Origin: the human T2T-CHM13v2.0 reference genome, Homo sapiens
NCBI RefSeq assembly: GCF_009914755.1
Contig: NC_060925.1
Length of the DNA: 64,000 nucleotides
Strand: one strand, 5' to 3'
Shown: positions 37,545 through 57,474 of the stretch, in pieces
How positions within the stretch are numbered: position 1 is the first letter of the stretch
Layout: each line of letters starts with the position of its first letter
Position numbers and translations under genes: made by a program
The notes under the pieces: model-generated
What the model was told of the DNA's origin: nothing
Database searches by the model: none
What the model saw: the letters and a program-made list of their open reading frames with translations, nothing else

Positions 37545-39084
37545 GTAGTGATTAGTTGGAGCCTCATGGTATTCGGTAAGACTGCAAGTGAGGTTTCCCA
37601 AAGAAGTTAGGTAAGTGTTACTGGAAACTGGAGGGAAGATCCCTCTTATGTAGTTGCAGAAAGTTTAGCAACACTGTTGCCTACAGTTATGTGGAAAGTT
37701 GAAAATGTACTTTGCAAATGAACTGGGTAAGCTAGCTGAAGAGATTTCCACCCAGAGTGTTTACAGTATGGTGCTTCTTGCTGCTCATAGTAAAATGTGA
37801 AAGGAGAGAGAGAAACTAAAGGAAGGATTGTTAAACAAAAAGGTCCTAGGACTTGTTTTGAAAATGCTATCTTTCTGGATAGCAGAGAGTACTAAAATTA
37901 AGAAATGACTTCTGAGCAAATATGGCCTAAAGATGAAGCCCAGTGTGAAATAAAATGTTTTTTAAGACCTTAGAAAGATTCAGTCAGACCAAATGCTCTC
38001 AATAAAGATTAAGGTTGTGCCTTACACATCCTCTCAAATAGTAGGGCTTCGTGGAAGTGTAAGCCTCTGCCAACTCAGCAGAAGCCAAAGCTACAGAAGG
38101 GTTTAACTTGAGATTTGTGGCTATCACTTTTGTTTAATTGAGTAAACCCCAATAAGAGTCACAGGTGACCCCCCCACAAAAAAGTTATAAGTAATTATAT
38201 ATGCAGAAACATTGTTAGCTTGGACTGACAAGCAGAAAAGCAGTACAAAGTGAAAAGAGACTTTTGTCTCCCCCAAATTTTACTGGAAGGAAGGCTAAAA
38301 ACAACCACGAAGCCACACACCTTGCTGTTTTTCACCGAAAAGGAGGTATGACTCAGAGGGTGGAACCAGTAGCTCAGAGGGCAGAGCCATAGCCTTGGAG
38401 AATTTATTCCCAGCCTGTGAGCCTTAATCAGAAACTTCCAACATTTGCCCTGCTGGATTTCAGAATTACTATGGACCCATTGACTTCTTTGGGGCTCGCA
38501 TTTACTCCCCTTTTTGTACAGGAATGTCTATAGCAGTTATTCCATGCCTATCCCACTATTGTGTATTGAGTGGGTAGAGGGGAGGTAACTTGTCTATAGT
38601 TTCACAGGTTAGGAAGATTGTACTTAAGGAGCTACACTTAGGGAACGACACCTGAAGAACCTCAGTCACACGTGGATGTGACTTAGATGAGATTCTAGAC
38701 TTTGAATTGCTGCCATAATGGGATGAGACTTTTGGGGACCTTGGGAGGAGGGTGAGGAGATCTTGTATGTGGGAGGGGTGTGAATCTTTGAGGCCAAAGA
38801 GAGGTCTGTGTTGGCCAGCTTCCAAGATGGCCCCCAGTGGTCCCTGTCTCCTGGTGTTTATGTTCTTGTGAAGTCCCTTCCCACACTGAACCAGGATTAG
38901 TCTGTATGACTGTTAGCATATGCAGAAGGGATGGTATATCACTTCCAGGATTAGGTTATAAAAAAGACTGTAGCTTCCATCTTGTGTGCTCATGCTCCCA
39001 CCTCCCCTCCATGTGTCGTTACATGTTTTGGGGAAACTGGTTGCTTTATGGTGAGAACACTCAGGCAGCCTGTGGAGATGAGGG

Positions 39085-41160
39085 ATGTTTCAAACTTACA
39101 GAAAGTTGCAAGAAGAAGAATAGTACAAGAACACCTCTATACTTTCCAACCAGATTCACTTATTGTTAAGCTTTTATCCCATTTACTTTATCATTTGCTG
39201 GTGTCTCTCTCACTCTTTCTCCTTCCCTCTCTCCCTTTCCCTCTCTTCCTCTGTCTCCTCTCTCTCTCCCTCTTCCCCTTTCTCCCCCAGCACACACATA
39301 TAAAATATATGCACGTAATTTTACATTATTTTAAGTTTTAATTTCTTAACTTTTCTTTCTTTCTTTTCTAACTTTTTTGAGACAGGGTCTCACTTTGTTG
39401 TCCAGGCTGGAGTGCAGTGTCACAGTCATGGCTCACTGAAGCCTCGACTTCCCAGACTGAAGTGATCCTCCCACTTTAGCCTCCCTAAGTGCTGGGATTA
39501 CAGGTGTGAGCCACCACACCTGGCCATAATTTTTTAATGAGCTATTCCAAATTATATTCCAAATTTCATGTCCCTTTACTCCTAAGCACTTCAGTTCTTC
39601 ACTAAGAATAGGGATATTGTATTACATCAATGGAGTTCAGTTATCAATTTGAGTAAATTTAATATTGATACAATACTTTGATATAATCTACCATCTGTAT
39701 TCCACTTTTGTTAGTTGACCTTTTAATATCATTTTTCTTCTCTCTGGGATAGGATCCATTCTAGGATTGGTATTTTATTTAGTCACTGGAATGTTAATAT
39801 AGCCGTTTTTTGTTTTCATTATATTGGCATTTTTGAAGAATACCTTCTGCCTCTCTATCCATATCCCTTTCCCCCTTTTTAAAGAGAACGATTCTCATTT
39901 TAGGTTCTCTGATGTTTTCTCATGTTTAGTTCTAGGTTATGAATTCTTCCTGGCTGGATACTGCATAGGTGTCCTCAGAGTATCTCATCTGAAGGCACAT
40001 GATGTCTGTCTGCCCCTTATTAGTGATATGAATTTGTGTCACCTGGTCAAGGTATTGTCAAGCTTTTCCACTGTGTTAGTTTCCTGGGGCTGCCATAACA
40101 GATTACCATACACTTGGTGGCGTAAAACAATGGAAATTTATTTTCTCACAGTTATGAAGGCCAAAGTCTGAAATTGGTATCACTGGGCTGAAATCAAGGT
40201 GTTGGCAGGGATGCTCTCTTTTCAGAGGAGAGACACTGTTCCTTGCCTCTTTCAGCTTTTCGTAGCTGCCTATGTTCCTTGGCTTGTGGCAGCATTACTT
40301 TAGTCTTCAGGGTCCTCAACTTCAAACCTCCCTCTGTTCCATCTTCATATTTCCCTCTTTGTGAAATTGCCCTCGACTCTCTTATAAGGACACTTGTGAA
40401 GCATTTAGTGCCCATCCAGATAATCCAGGATAATATCCCCATCTCAAGATCCTTCATCATATCTGCAAAGACTCTCTAAATAAGGTAACATTTACAGGTT
40501 CCAGGGATTAGCTTTAGGGAACCAGTTTTCAGACTACTACACAATGTATATTCATTTTTTTTTCTTTCTTGAAGCTAATAAGTAACCTTTGGGTAGATAT
40601 TTGTAAGATCATGAAAACAAAATTATCCCCTGGATTTAGCATCCATTGATGATTCTTGCCTGACTCAATGTTTATATAATAGTTACAAAATAATGATTTT
40701 CCAATTCCTGTACCTCTCCACCTTTGCTGTTACCCTTCCTTCTCCCTTTATCTGTGTCTCTTTGTTTATGCATCTACGTTTCTCTGTGTATCTATAGAGC
40801 TGTGTATCTGTGTCTGTATATCTATATATTGTATCCATGAATCTGTCCATCTATCCCTAATTGATCTGGACTCACATATCTTTTTTTTCTAGTAGTTTAG
40901 AATGCATTAATACATTTAATTATTTTGATTCACAAATTGTCCCAGCTTTGATCAGTAGGAGCCCTTTTAAGCTGGATTCTGTGTCCTTGTAACTTCCTCT
41001 CATCCTATTTTCTTTTTTTTTTAATTTCAGCACTTGTTATTTTTAGGCATAACAAGATGTTCAGTGCTCATCTTGAATTTATTCTGCTCCTGCCCTGAAA
41101 TCTACCATTTCTTCAAGGAACCCTAGTTGCTTTTTGTGGATAATGGTGTTAAAGACTATG
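39085..41160 (-). mobile_element. Old L1 (L1MC-like) with a partial AluJ (39350-39525) and an MLT1D inserted
   Basis: caaacttacagaaagttgcaaga...tagtaca 3'-end motif. Confidence 0.65.
40072..40541 (-). mobile_element. MLT1C/D-type MaLR LTR
   Basis: tgtgttagtttcctggggctgccataaca...cagataatccaggataat...ctactaca. Confidence 0.75.
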
Positions 41161-41169
41161 CTGCTTCTC

Positions 41170-41762
41170 AGTTTATTGTATTTTAGCTCCACATCCATCC
41201 TTCATTGCTTTGTCAGATCTCCTTTTCCAGCTGGTATGGATGAGCTTAGTCAGTAGAAGGTGTTGGAAGGACACTGTAGGAAGTAGGGTTTTGGTGTGCT
41301 TCCGTTCCTATTTGCTCTGTGCTGCCAGTGGCATGTGTGGGATGCCTAGTGGTACTCATCCCCTAGGAAATTTTGTTGTCAGTTACTGCCTGCGGCTCCT
41401 TGCCTTTCAGCCTGGATCTGCTGGCACCACAACAGAGCTTCCTGCTTGCCAGTCTCAGCCTGTAGTTCCTTGCCCATGAAGTTTGACCCTCCTACTATCA
41501 TATTAGAACAGCTATGTCAGGGACAACCAGTGGGTTACAGCCACATTGCCTCCAATGAGATCTGAATTCCAGCCTTGGCAAGGAGGCACCTCTTTCAGGT
41601 ATTTCCTTTGGTTTTCCTCCTCAATCTAGGCATTCCTAAGAGTTGTCTTTTATTTCTTCTTAGTAGTTAATTCTGGGTAAATAGTTAATAATTCTTTATA
41701 AGACTCCCTATTTAAATTGCTGTATGGATTTCATTTTCTGTCCAGACCCTGGCTGCTACAGA
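41170..41762 (+). mobile_element. Degenerate ERVL-class LTR (LTR41/LTR52-like)
   Basis: Homologous to the 42531 element at both ends; family from recall. Confidence 0.45.
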
Positions 41763-42530
41763 GATCACTATCTGGACAGTAGGTATGCTTCTTGCAACTT
41801 ACATCTAAGCTTTTTTCAACAGCCAGAGATAGGAAATGTAATACATTTATCTATATGCATAGGTATAATGCACACATTTATACATACCTCTAATCATTTG
41901 CAAACCTGCATATATATATGTATATGTGCACGTGTATTATATAGATATACATATATTTTAGAATTGTTTATAATACCTTTAGTGAAACAAAATTTTATAT
42001 GTTCAATTATATATTTAGTTCTCTTTGTACTCTCCTCCCACCTCCTGGTTTTGGGTTTCTGGTCTTGACTAGAAATGTCTCCTAATGCCTACCTGTTTTA
42101 CAAGATGATTATTATAGTACTAGTTAAAAAAAAAGTTTAAAAAATAATTCTTGAGGAATTTATATTTGAACAGGATGTCAGATGATGTTTCACTTTACCT
42201 TTTTTTTTACAGATGAAATGGACTTATAAGATCACTTGTTAGATAACCCACCTTTTTCTCAATGAAGTTGAATTATTATCTTTGTTATGTATAGACTTCA
42301 TGTGAGTTTTCACTAATTAAGGATTTTCTCTTTTGTGGCATTTATTTGTCTATTCTTATATAAATACCTATGTCTATATCACATTGATTTTTATGCAGCG
42401 GCTTTACAGAGTATGTTCTGATAGCTAATACCAGCTATATTTCTTATCAACATTGGGGAAATTATTGCCTTTCAAGATCAGCCTGGAGTTCCTGGGGCTC
42501 TTACAGTGATAATTATTGGTTCTAAGAGGC

Positions 42531-43840
42531 TGTGCCAGTTATCCCTTTATTGCTTCTTAGCTTCAAATCTCTTTCTTCATTTCCTCCTTGGTTAATGGGT
42601 AGGATTCTTTCAGTATTTTTTCTTTATGGTGAATACACTGTTAAGCTTAGCAGCGGAGGGCACTCCATTTCAGGAGTATAGGGGGCTTGTCTTCCTTCTT
42701 CCAGTATCCTATGGATTTTGTTTTTTCTTGCTCTTTTTGCATTGTTGCCAGAGCCATTCTGCCTTGGCCACACAATCTCTTGATAAGCTTGCAGGCTCAG
42801 CCAGTTTGGTGATCACCTAGCTAAGGACACCAAGGTGCCGCAGTCCTATTGGAGACTGAGTTTCTAACTCTCTGGCTCCTTCTGTGTACCCGGAATTTGT
42901 CTGTGTATCTGCCCCTCAGCTTTGGCCTGCTAGCACCCTGCAGAGTTGTTTCCTGTGTCCCTTGTTCCCCCTCCCTGCCAACACATTTTGGACTCTAGAC
43001 CTGGTTGCCCTCCTGGAGAGTACGCTCCTAATAACCCCCTCTCCTTCTACAGGCCTGTCTGCTAGCCTTGGTCTGCTTTAACCCCAGAAAGTTGTTTCCT
43101 ATGGTCTTCCCACTGCAGATGGTAGGTACCCCAGGACTTGCATTACCTTGCTGGTGAGTTGGTTCCTCATACCATGACTGTGTGCTCACCTGTCAGCCTT
43201 GGCATGCTTGAATTCTGGAGGAGTCTTTCCTGTTCTTCTGGCAACTGTGGTTCAACGATGGCCCAGGGAACCTAGCAAACTTTTTTTCCATCCAATGGCT
43301 GCAACCCAACCACACCTTCTCTACAGAGATCCGAATCCCAGCCTTGGAGAAGAGTTCCCCTTTCTAAGTTGTTCCTTCTTTGGGTATTCTCCCTCACCCT
43401 AGGATATTCTTCAGAGTTCTCTTTTTACCTTTATTGTTACTCCACTCTCATGGCTAATAATTTTTTTTTTTTGAGATGGAGTCTTGCTCTGTTGCCCAGG
43501 CTGGAGTGCAGTGGTGTGATCATGGCTCACTGCAGCCTCTACCTCCGGGTTCAAGCGATTCTCCGGCTTCAGCCTCTTGAATAGCTGGGATTACAGGCTA
43601 CCATGCCCAACTAATTTTTGTATTTTTAATAGAGATGGGGTTTCGCCATGTTGCTCAGGCTGGTCTCGAACTCCTGAGCACAAAGTGATCTGTCCGCCTC
43701 AGCCTCCCAAAGTGCTGTGCTGGTATTACAGGCATGAGCCACTGCGCCTGGCCTCATGGCTAATTTTTTTTATATTAAACTTTTCCCTGTTCAAATTACT
43801 GTGTGGCTTCTGTCTCTTGATTGAACCCTATATTGATACT
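42531..43840 (+). mobile_element. ERVL-class LTR (LTR41/LTR52-like) with an antisense Alu at 43461-43753
   Basis: tgtgccagtt...ttcaaattactgtgtggcttctgtctcttgattgaaccc; Alu TSD tcatggctaat. Confidence 0.5.
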
Positions 43841-44360
43841 CTGATTTAGGAAGAGTTCTGAATGATCTGAAGTAATTCTGAATGACCTGTTTCCATTGGC
43901 TGGTAGTCTACATGGAACAGGGGTTTCTCCAGGCTGATTATAGGATTACAGTATTCACTGAACTTGACACTTGCTTCCTCAGTACGTTTTACATTTCACG
44001 CCTACTTGAGATTTGGGGACAAGATACAGAGAATCTCACATAGTATAGCAACATCAGTGGCATTTGTGCCAGAATGAAGTGATCATCAAAAGCTTATTGC
44101 TACTATTCTTTAATTTTAACAAATATTTAATAGTAACAATTTATGATTTTTTAATATCTTGAGATATATGTAATAGAGGTAACTTGGGCACATAATAAAA
44201 AGAAAAACATTTTTATTTTCTTATGTGAAAGCAATTGAGGGATGTGGGCAACAGGTCAATAGCAATAGAACCATTAGTTCTGATGATGGGTCTTCAATCC
44301 ATTCTGTTCCCCTACCAAGCATTTGGGAGTTCATGAACTCTTACCGTTGTAGGCTGTTAG

Positions 44361-45033
<673 letters not shown>

Positions 45034-45769
45034 TGACTAATTTCAGTCCAGCTATCAATTATCTAGAAATTTTATGGGCATATTTAATTCAAGAAGCTTT
45101 CTAAAAATTGGCACTGAGGATATCATGATGCAAACAGCCCCTCTAAGAAACTTAGAGTCTTATGGTTGAAGAAGTGAGCATTAGGATCCAGAGTTGAGAA
45201 AGAGAACTGTTTCAGGATGTGGTATTCTCACCATCAAGTTTTTAAGACTTGTGGCACTCTAAATATGAAGATGAAGATAATTTTAAGAAGTCATCAGTCT
45301 GAGGAGTTTTAAGAATCATGCTTCTAAACCTACAGCCAGTATTTTTTCTTGTGTTCTAAAAGTAAGAACCCTGCCTTGCCCTTTAATTATAATTTTCTCT
45401 CTTTCTCTTTGATTCCTTGACAAGACCCTAAGCTGCATGATCCAGAGACTGCTTTGGTGTTATGAATGTATCTTCAGCATGTAGGACTGTGCCTGACATA
45501 TAAATAAGTTGAGCAAAATAAAAGTATGAGTTAAGATTTAAAAGGTAGAGTAGTTATAGGTGATGATGTCATCAAAAGTCAATCCCAAAGCCAAAATTAA
45601 AATGTTTGATTATACCTAGTATGGAGCAATAGATATACAACAGGAAGAGTATAAATTCATACAGTTTCTTTGGAGGGCAATTTGAAATAAACCTTTTCTA
45701 TTCTGTTTTTAATTAATTTTTCTACACATCTATTCTCATGTCTACATGGGAGATATATATGAATGACTA

Positions 45770-47320
<1,551 letters not shown>

Positions 47321-47480
47321 ACGTACACACATATATACATATACACAGGGTGTTCATTGCAGCATTATATTCAGTAGAAGAAAACTGAAAATTGAATGTT
47401 TCTCTATCTGTGATTGTATGGATGTGCCATAATTTAGCCAAGTAATAGGATTTTGGGGCTGTTTGAAATACACTTGTATG

Positions 47481-47848
<368 letters not shown>

Positions 47849-48298
47849 TTAGTAAGATCCTGTGTATGTGTAAATAAACATATATGAATCATACCTATAC
47901 ACATTTGTATAGTGTATGTAACCTCTGAGGGAGTGGTAGGAGGGATATTTTTACTTGTTGCATTGCACTTTCTGTACTGTGGAATTTAACACATTTATCT
48001 TTAATGTTAGAGGATACATAGCTGGCTTCTTAAAAAAGAAACTTGTCACTGGGTGAAAGAGTGGCTTTTAAATTGGTTGAAGTTCTTAGCTGTTATTATC
48101 AGCTGCTAATGGATTATCTTAAACTTTTCTCCACATCCTTCCATATTATAGAATGAAAGTTTCATATTAATCTTAATAAGTAAGCAATTTATCTCTTTTA
48201 ATAAATGGTACCGTTCATTTGTAATGTTTGATAACTGTAATGAACCTTGTAGGCAGCAGCTGTGGTTGTGTGGAAGGAATTGTTGGTTAATAATCTAC

Positions 48299-48599
48299 TT
48301 TTTTTTTTTTTTTTTAATGAGGCGGAGTCTCGCTCTGTCACCCAGGCTGGAGTGCAGTGGCGCCATCTCGGCTCACTGAAACCTCCACCTCCCGGGTTCA
48401 AGAGATTCTCCTGCCTCAGCCTCCTGAGTAGCTAGGATTATAGGTGTCTGCCACCATGCCCGGCTAATTTTTGTAGTTTAGTAGAGATGGGGTTTCACCA
48501 TGTTGGCCAGGCTGGTTTCAAACTCCTGACCTCAGGTGATCCTCCCGCCTCAGCCTCCCAAAGTCCTGGGATTACAAGTGTGAGCCACTGCACCCAGCC
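48299..48599 (-). mobile_element. AluS
   Basis: Full dimer. Confidence 0.9.
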
Positions 48600-49697
48600 A
48601 ATCATCTACCTTTTTATAGGTCCTCTTACATTAGTAAGTAAACTTCAGCAGCAAAGGAGTCCTCTTGTAATTTTGCATATGATCGAGCTGATGTAGTTAT
48701 TGTTCTAATGGTATGGTGAGAAGTACTTATTTTTTGCAGTCAGATAGATTTAGACCCGTATCTTCTGTTAACTATTTACTGCCAGTGTGATCTTATACAA
48801 ATTAATATCTGAGTCTAGTTTTCTTATTGGTAAGGTAAGGATAATACCTTACTGTTCTAACAATTATATCTGTATAATATTTAGCTCCATGCTAGATGCA
48901 TGTCAGCTAGTGTTAGCTATTATCTGTTACTCAGTGAGTTTACCATTCCTCTAACATACCTTACTCTCTTGTGTCTTCTTCTTTAGTTTTGTGTTGCTCC
49001 GCTGTGAAGTTTCTGGTTAGCCTTTCAGAAGATATCTCTTCTAGGAAGTTTGCCATGCTTCTTTTCAGCTGAGTTAACTGTTTACCCTTCCTGGTTATTC
49101 ATCTCATCAGTATAGCACTTAACTCATGTATTTTTCCCCATTTTTTTTAAATTGACAAAATTTCAAATTTATGCTCCCCCCCCCCACCAAGAGAATAGTA
49201 TAGTGAACACATATATATACGTTTTTTTCCAAATTCATGGATTGTTAATATTTTGCCACATCTTCTGCATTTCTGTCTCTATGTATGTGTTTCTCATTTT
49301 TTCCTGAACCATTTGAGAATAAAATGCAGACATCATGATATTTCATCCCTACTCCCCATGTTTCTGCTATGATCATAATACCATATTGCACCTATGAAAT
49401 TTAACATTGATGCAATATTATAAAATAGGCAGTCCATTTTCAGATTTCTGTAGTTGTCCTTGAAATGTCCTTTTTAGCTTTTTTTTTTTGATTCATAATC
49501 ATGCCTCTCTTGGTTTCTTTAATCTAGAATAGTTCTTATTTTTTTTCTTTTTGATTTTTCATAACACTGACATTTTTAAAGAACGTAGAACAGTAGTTTT
49601 GCCAGTTTCACAAGCTATATCTGTCTGATTGTTTTCTCATGAATAGATCATTGTTTGTTGTTTGTTTTCTTCTATCTGTCATCAGAGTATGACTTCC

Positions 49698-50325
49698 TGT
49701 GAGAGAGAGACAGGCAGCTCCCAATAGCTAAGAACTGGCCAGGCACTATATTGGTTTGACCTTGGTGTTTCTTAGAGTTGGCCTGGAATTCACAATTAGG
49801 CTGTGGTGTTCTCGTATTGAACAAAAACAATTCCATAGAACATTGAACATTAAGACAAGATCACTCCATGTCCTTGGATGACGACAAAAACAAGACCATC
49901 CTGTAGTCATGTCTGAACACAGACAAAAACATAAACATTGTTCAAGTCACAAAAATGATCAAATATCCTCATTCTGGTTACAATGAATGACTACTGCTTC
50001 TTTATAAATCATAACCTTAGCCTTGCTTTATTTTTCCTGCTTCATAGTAAGATACATTAAAAAATCATAGAATCATAGAATTAGAATTGAGAGAATCATA
50101 GAATTACCTCCACTTCCTGACAGCATCCAATCCAGGGCAGAACCCCACTTCCTTGAACCCTTCCCTAACACAAGCCAAAGCCCTGTAAGTCCTTTCTGAT
50201 ACCCTCTTGGTGAAATGCCCCAGTGTTCCCAATGGTATGTATTCTCCTTAGTTGTAAGAAGTAATAAATTCAGCTTGTTTAACTACAGGTGTGTTCCTGG
50301 TGCTGTTTGGCTAGAGAGAATTTAA
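49698..50325 (+). mobile_element. ERV1-class solo LTR (MER89/MER90-like)
   Basis: TG start; AATAAA near the 3' end; family from recall. Confidence 0.55.
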
Positions 50326-50715
50326 TCCAGAGAATCTTGACCTCTCTCTTTCTTTTTACTCTGTGAATGAACTTTTGATATAGTTAAGAATCATCAGCAT
50401 TAAGCTTTTCTAGATAATTTCATACTGGTCAAGGATAAGTTTTAGTTCCATGAACTAGCTTTTGATGACTAACATGCATTTTAAAAAAGTTGTAAACTCT
50501 GCTATTTAGGAGTTCTTCTAAATAATAAAAACAACATAGGGAAGATACCAAAGACAGCTTATAAATCAAACAGAGAGGCTTTATTTTTAGTGAGTAATGA
50601 GCTTAGTTAGAATGTTTGGATTTAATTCCCTCCCCTCCACAGCTTTTAATAACCATTGTTGGGTGATTGGGAGTGGGAGAGTGTCTTATATATATTATAC
50701 ACACACAGAAATATA

Positions 50716-53998
<3,283 letters not shown>

Positions 53999-54394
53999 AT
54001 TGCACTGTAAACCTCGGGAAAAATTTGTTTTGCATTTTCTATGTTTCTATGTCTATAATTTTTCTACTCTGTTCACAGGAAAATAAACATTGGTACTACA
54101 AAGGGAAATTCAAAGCTGTAGTAGGAGAAGCACCTGATTATGATTTCTCATGTTGTTACAGCCTTTCAAGTGAAATTTTGATTATGTTGAAGGATACACA
54201 AGTAGAGAATGGTTGCAAGGTTATTGTCTGCCATTAGGATGACTGTTGAATCTTGCTGCTACTTTTTTGAAAATTTTCAAATTAGGTTGTCTTTATTAAA
54301 TATATTAGTTCTAGAAGTTATTTCATTAAAATTCATCTGTGTTTTTTCATTTATGCTACGAGTACTATTTTTTTCTTTGTAGTAGACTTTACGC

Positions 54395-55490
54395 AACATT
54401 TTATTGTGAAAATTTTCAAGCATATAGACAAGTTGAAAGATGTGGACAGTGACATTTTGCTATATTTTCCTTATCATATATCTTTCCATAATCTGTCTTG
54501 TTTTTATGCATTTCAGCATAAAGTGCAGATACCAGTGTCTTTCACCCATACATATTTTAACATATTGTCATTAATAAGAGTTCAGTATTTGTTTACATTT
54601 TGTTTAGATAAGTTTACACACAGTTAAATGCACAAATCTTAAGTATCCCATTGTATGTGTGACAAACATATACCTGTATAACCCAAACCCCTATCAAGAT
54701 ATAGGGCATTACCAACACCTAAAAGTTTGCTTCTTGCCCCTTCCCTGTCAATCCCTGCCCTTAAGCTACCCAGAAGGAACTTTTTCTACTATATATTAGT
54801 TTTGTACATCCTGGATTTTAAATGGAATCACGCTGTACAAACTTTTCATGTCTGGCTTCCCTCCTGCAGCATGTTTTTGGGATTCATCCATACTGTTGTG
54901 TTCATCAGAGGTTCATTCCTTGTTATTGCTGTTTAGTTTAAATGTACCACAGTCTGTTTATCCACTGTTCTATCAATGGGCACCTGGAATGTTTCCAGTT
55001 TGGGGCAATTTTAAGTAAATCTACAATAAACATCTTTATATGGACATATGTTTCTCTTGGGTAAATACCTAGGAATATAATTTCTGGATCATAAGATAGG
55101 TGTATGTTTTATTTTATAAGGAACTAAGAGACTTTCCAAAAGTGCTTGTATATTTGATATTCCCATCAACAATGTATGAAATTTCTGGCTGCTTCACACT
55201 CTTACCAACATTGGGCATTATCAGCCTTTTTTAATTTTAGCCATTCTGGGGCATGTGTAATGGTATCTTATTGTGGTTTTAACTTTCAGTTCCTGACGGC
55301 TAATAGGCTAAAGATTTTTTCACATGCTTATTAGCCACTCATATATCCTTTTTTTTTGAAGTATCTGTTTACATCTTTTGTCTATTTTGTGGGGCTGGAG
55401 TTCTTTGTATATCTTAGACACCAGTCGTTTGATGTTTTGCAAATGTTTTCTCCCAGTCAGTTGTTCGTCTATTCATGTGTTAATGGTCTC
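54395..55490 (-). mobile_element. Old L1 (L1MB/ME-like) 3' region
   Basis: gggtaaatacctagga, ttttagccattct and tggtatcttattgtggtttt motifs. Confidence 0.7.
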
Positions 55491-55529
55491 TTAAAAATTT
55501 TATTATTATCAGGAAATGGGAAAACATTA

Positions 55530-56356
55530 GTTTATTTTAGATTCAGCAGGTACATGTGCAGATTTGTTACCTGGTTATATTGTGTGGTGTTGAGATCTGG
55601 GCTTCAAATGAACTTACCACCCAAATAATGAATATAGTACCCAATAGATAGTTTCTTAACAGTTATCTCCTTCTTTCCATCCCCGCTTTTGGAGTTCTCA
55701 ATGTCTGTTGTGCCCATCTCTGTGTCCATGTGTACCCAGTGTTTAGCTCCCACTTAAAAGTGAGAACATGTGGTATTTGGTTTTCTGTTCCTGTGTTAAT
55801 TCACTTAGGATAATGGCCTCCACCTGCATCCATGTTGCTGCAAAGGACATTATTTCATTCTTTTTTATGGCTGTGTAGTATTCCATGGTGTATATGTACC
55901 ACATTTTCTTTATCCAGTCCACTGTTGATGGGCACCTAGGTTGATTCCATGTCTTTACTATCGTGAATAGCACTACGATAAACATGAGAGTGTAGGTGTC
56001 TTTTTGGTAGAATGATTCGTTTTCCTTTGGGTATATACCCAGTAATAGGATGGCTGGATCAAATGGTAATTTTAGTTCTTTGAGAAATCTCAAACATGCC
56101 TTCCACAGGGGCTGAACTAATTTACACTCCCACCAACAGTTTATAAGCATTCCCTATTCTGTGCAACCTCGCCAGCATCTGTTATTTTTTGACTTTTTAG
56201 TAACAGCCATTCTGACTGGCATGAGGTGGTGTCTCATTATGGTTTCGATTTGCATTTTTCTAATGATCAGTGATGTTGAGCATATTTTCATGTTTGTTGG
56301 CTGCTTGTATGTCTTCTTTTGAGAAGAGTCTGTCTGTTCATGTCCTTTGCCCACTT
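55530..56356 (-). mobile_element. 5'-truncated older L1PA/L1PB (ORF2 C-terminus plus 3'UTR)
   Basis: ORF 55743-56150 CWWECKLVQPLWK...WIKKMWYIYTMEYY is the L1 ORF2p C-terminal domain. Confidence 0.92.
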
Positions 56357-57352
56357 AATGCCATTCTTCTGTTGTTATTCTGAAGTATTTTAGGAACAAA
56401 GAAATGAGCATGTTCCTTTATCGTATTTGTTCTGATAATAGGATTCAATGTAATTGAAGCTTATTTAATGCATAACCCTTTATTTTTGGTTGTGCACTAC
56501 TCTGAAAAAAAGTCTCAATTCATATCTGCTTGTCAAAGTTTAGTGGAATAGAAACAATAAATCAATAGCAGTACAAGAAATGCTTTTGACATTTATTCCA
56601 TTGCTTAAGTGTTTTACTTTAGCTTAATGGAGAAGATTAAAGCCTCCAATTTTTTTTTGTATTTGTTTCAGATAGAAATAAGATCTTTTTAGGGTACTAT
56701 TAAATATTAAGAAGACTTCCATTAAGATTTCTCAACAAGTAGTTAATGCATTTAAAGATATTCTCAGGTAGTCTAGTGGGTCAAAGTATAAAATAATGTG
56801 TGCATTTTCTAGGTTATTTTTCTAAGCTTTTAGATGTTTACACAATTACTAATATTAATTTATAGGCACTTGAATTTACTTTTTTCTTTAAGCGATAACT
56901 ATATTGGACTATAATCATAAGCACTGATTCATACTTTCTTATTTAGGCAAAATAAGGAATAATGAGCATTTAATCTAGTTGGCCAGTAGATTTTTTCCTA
57001 AGATTAAATCATTTAGATTGTTTTCAAGCCAGAGAATTGGTTTTACCTATTGGGGTTCTTGCAGATTTGTTTCTAGATAATATTAGTGATAGGTAAGCGA
57101 GTAGTGTCATTTTAGATTTGGTATTGTTATTGGGAGGGTTGAGTTTAATTGTTGCATTTGAACTGAGAGCATTTGAACTGAGAACTAAGAAAAACAAATG
57201 TGGCATAATGGATTATGTTGGGTTTGGTTATTTGTGAGAAAACTCAAGATAGAAGTCCATTTCTTCCTCATGGCAAAAGATTTGGAGGTAGCCTCAAGCG
57301 TGGCAGCTGCCCAGTGATCTGGAATCCAAGCTCCTGTCTTGTTGCTGTGTCA

Positions 57353-57474
57353 TTTTTTAATGAGATGTAGTCTCGCTATGTTGCCCAGGCTGAGTTGAAC
57401 TCCTAGGCTCAAGTGATCCTTCTGGCCTCAGCCTCCTGAGAAGCTGGGATTATAGGTTTGCGCCACTGTACCCT
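57353..57474 (-). mobile_element. FLAM/Alu left monomer
   Basis: gtctcgctatgttgcccaggctg...gctcaagtgatcct. Confidence 0.8.

Larger units (their letters stand above)
36167..39080 (+). mobile_element. MLT1F-type MaLR provirus: 5'LTR 36167-37128, internal region, partial 3'LTR from 38807
   Basis: Two homologous LTR starts (tgtg..gccagc.tccaagat.gcc) around MaLR-internal-like sequence ending in a purine tract. Confidence 0.72.

Noticed and set aside
50063-50105. (AATCATAG)n repeats resembling a CR1/L3 tail
   Set aside because: Lies inside an LTR and is better explained by local slippage
55743-56354. L1 ORF2 C-terminal ORFs as a coding gene
   Set aside because: 5'-truncated, frameshifted L1 copy with no promoter
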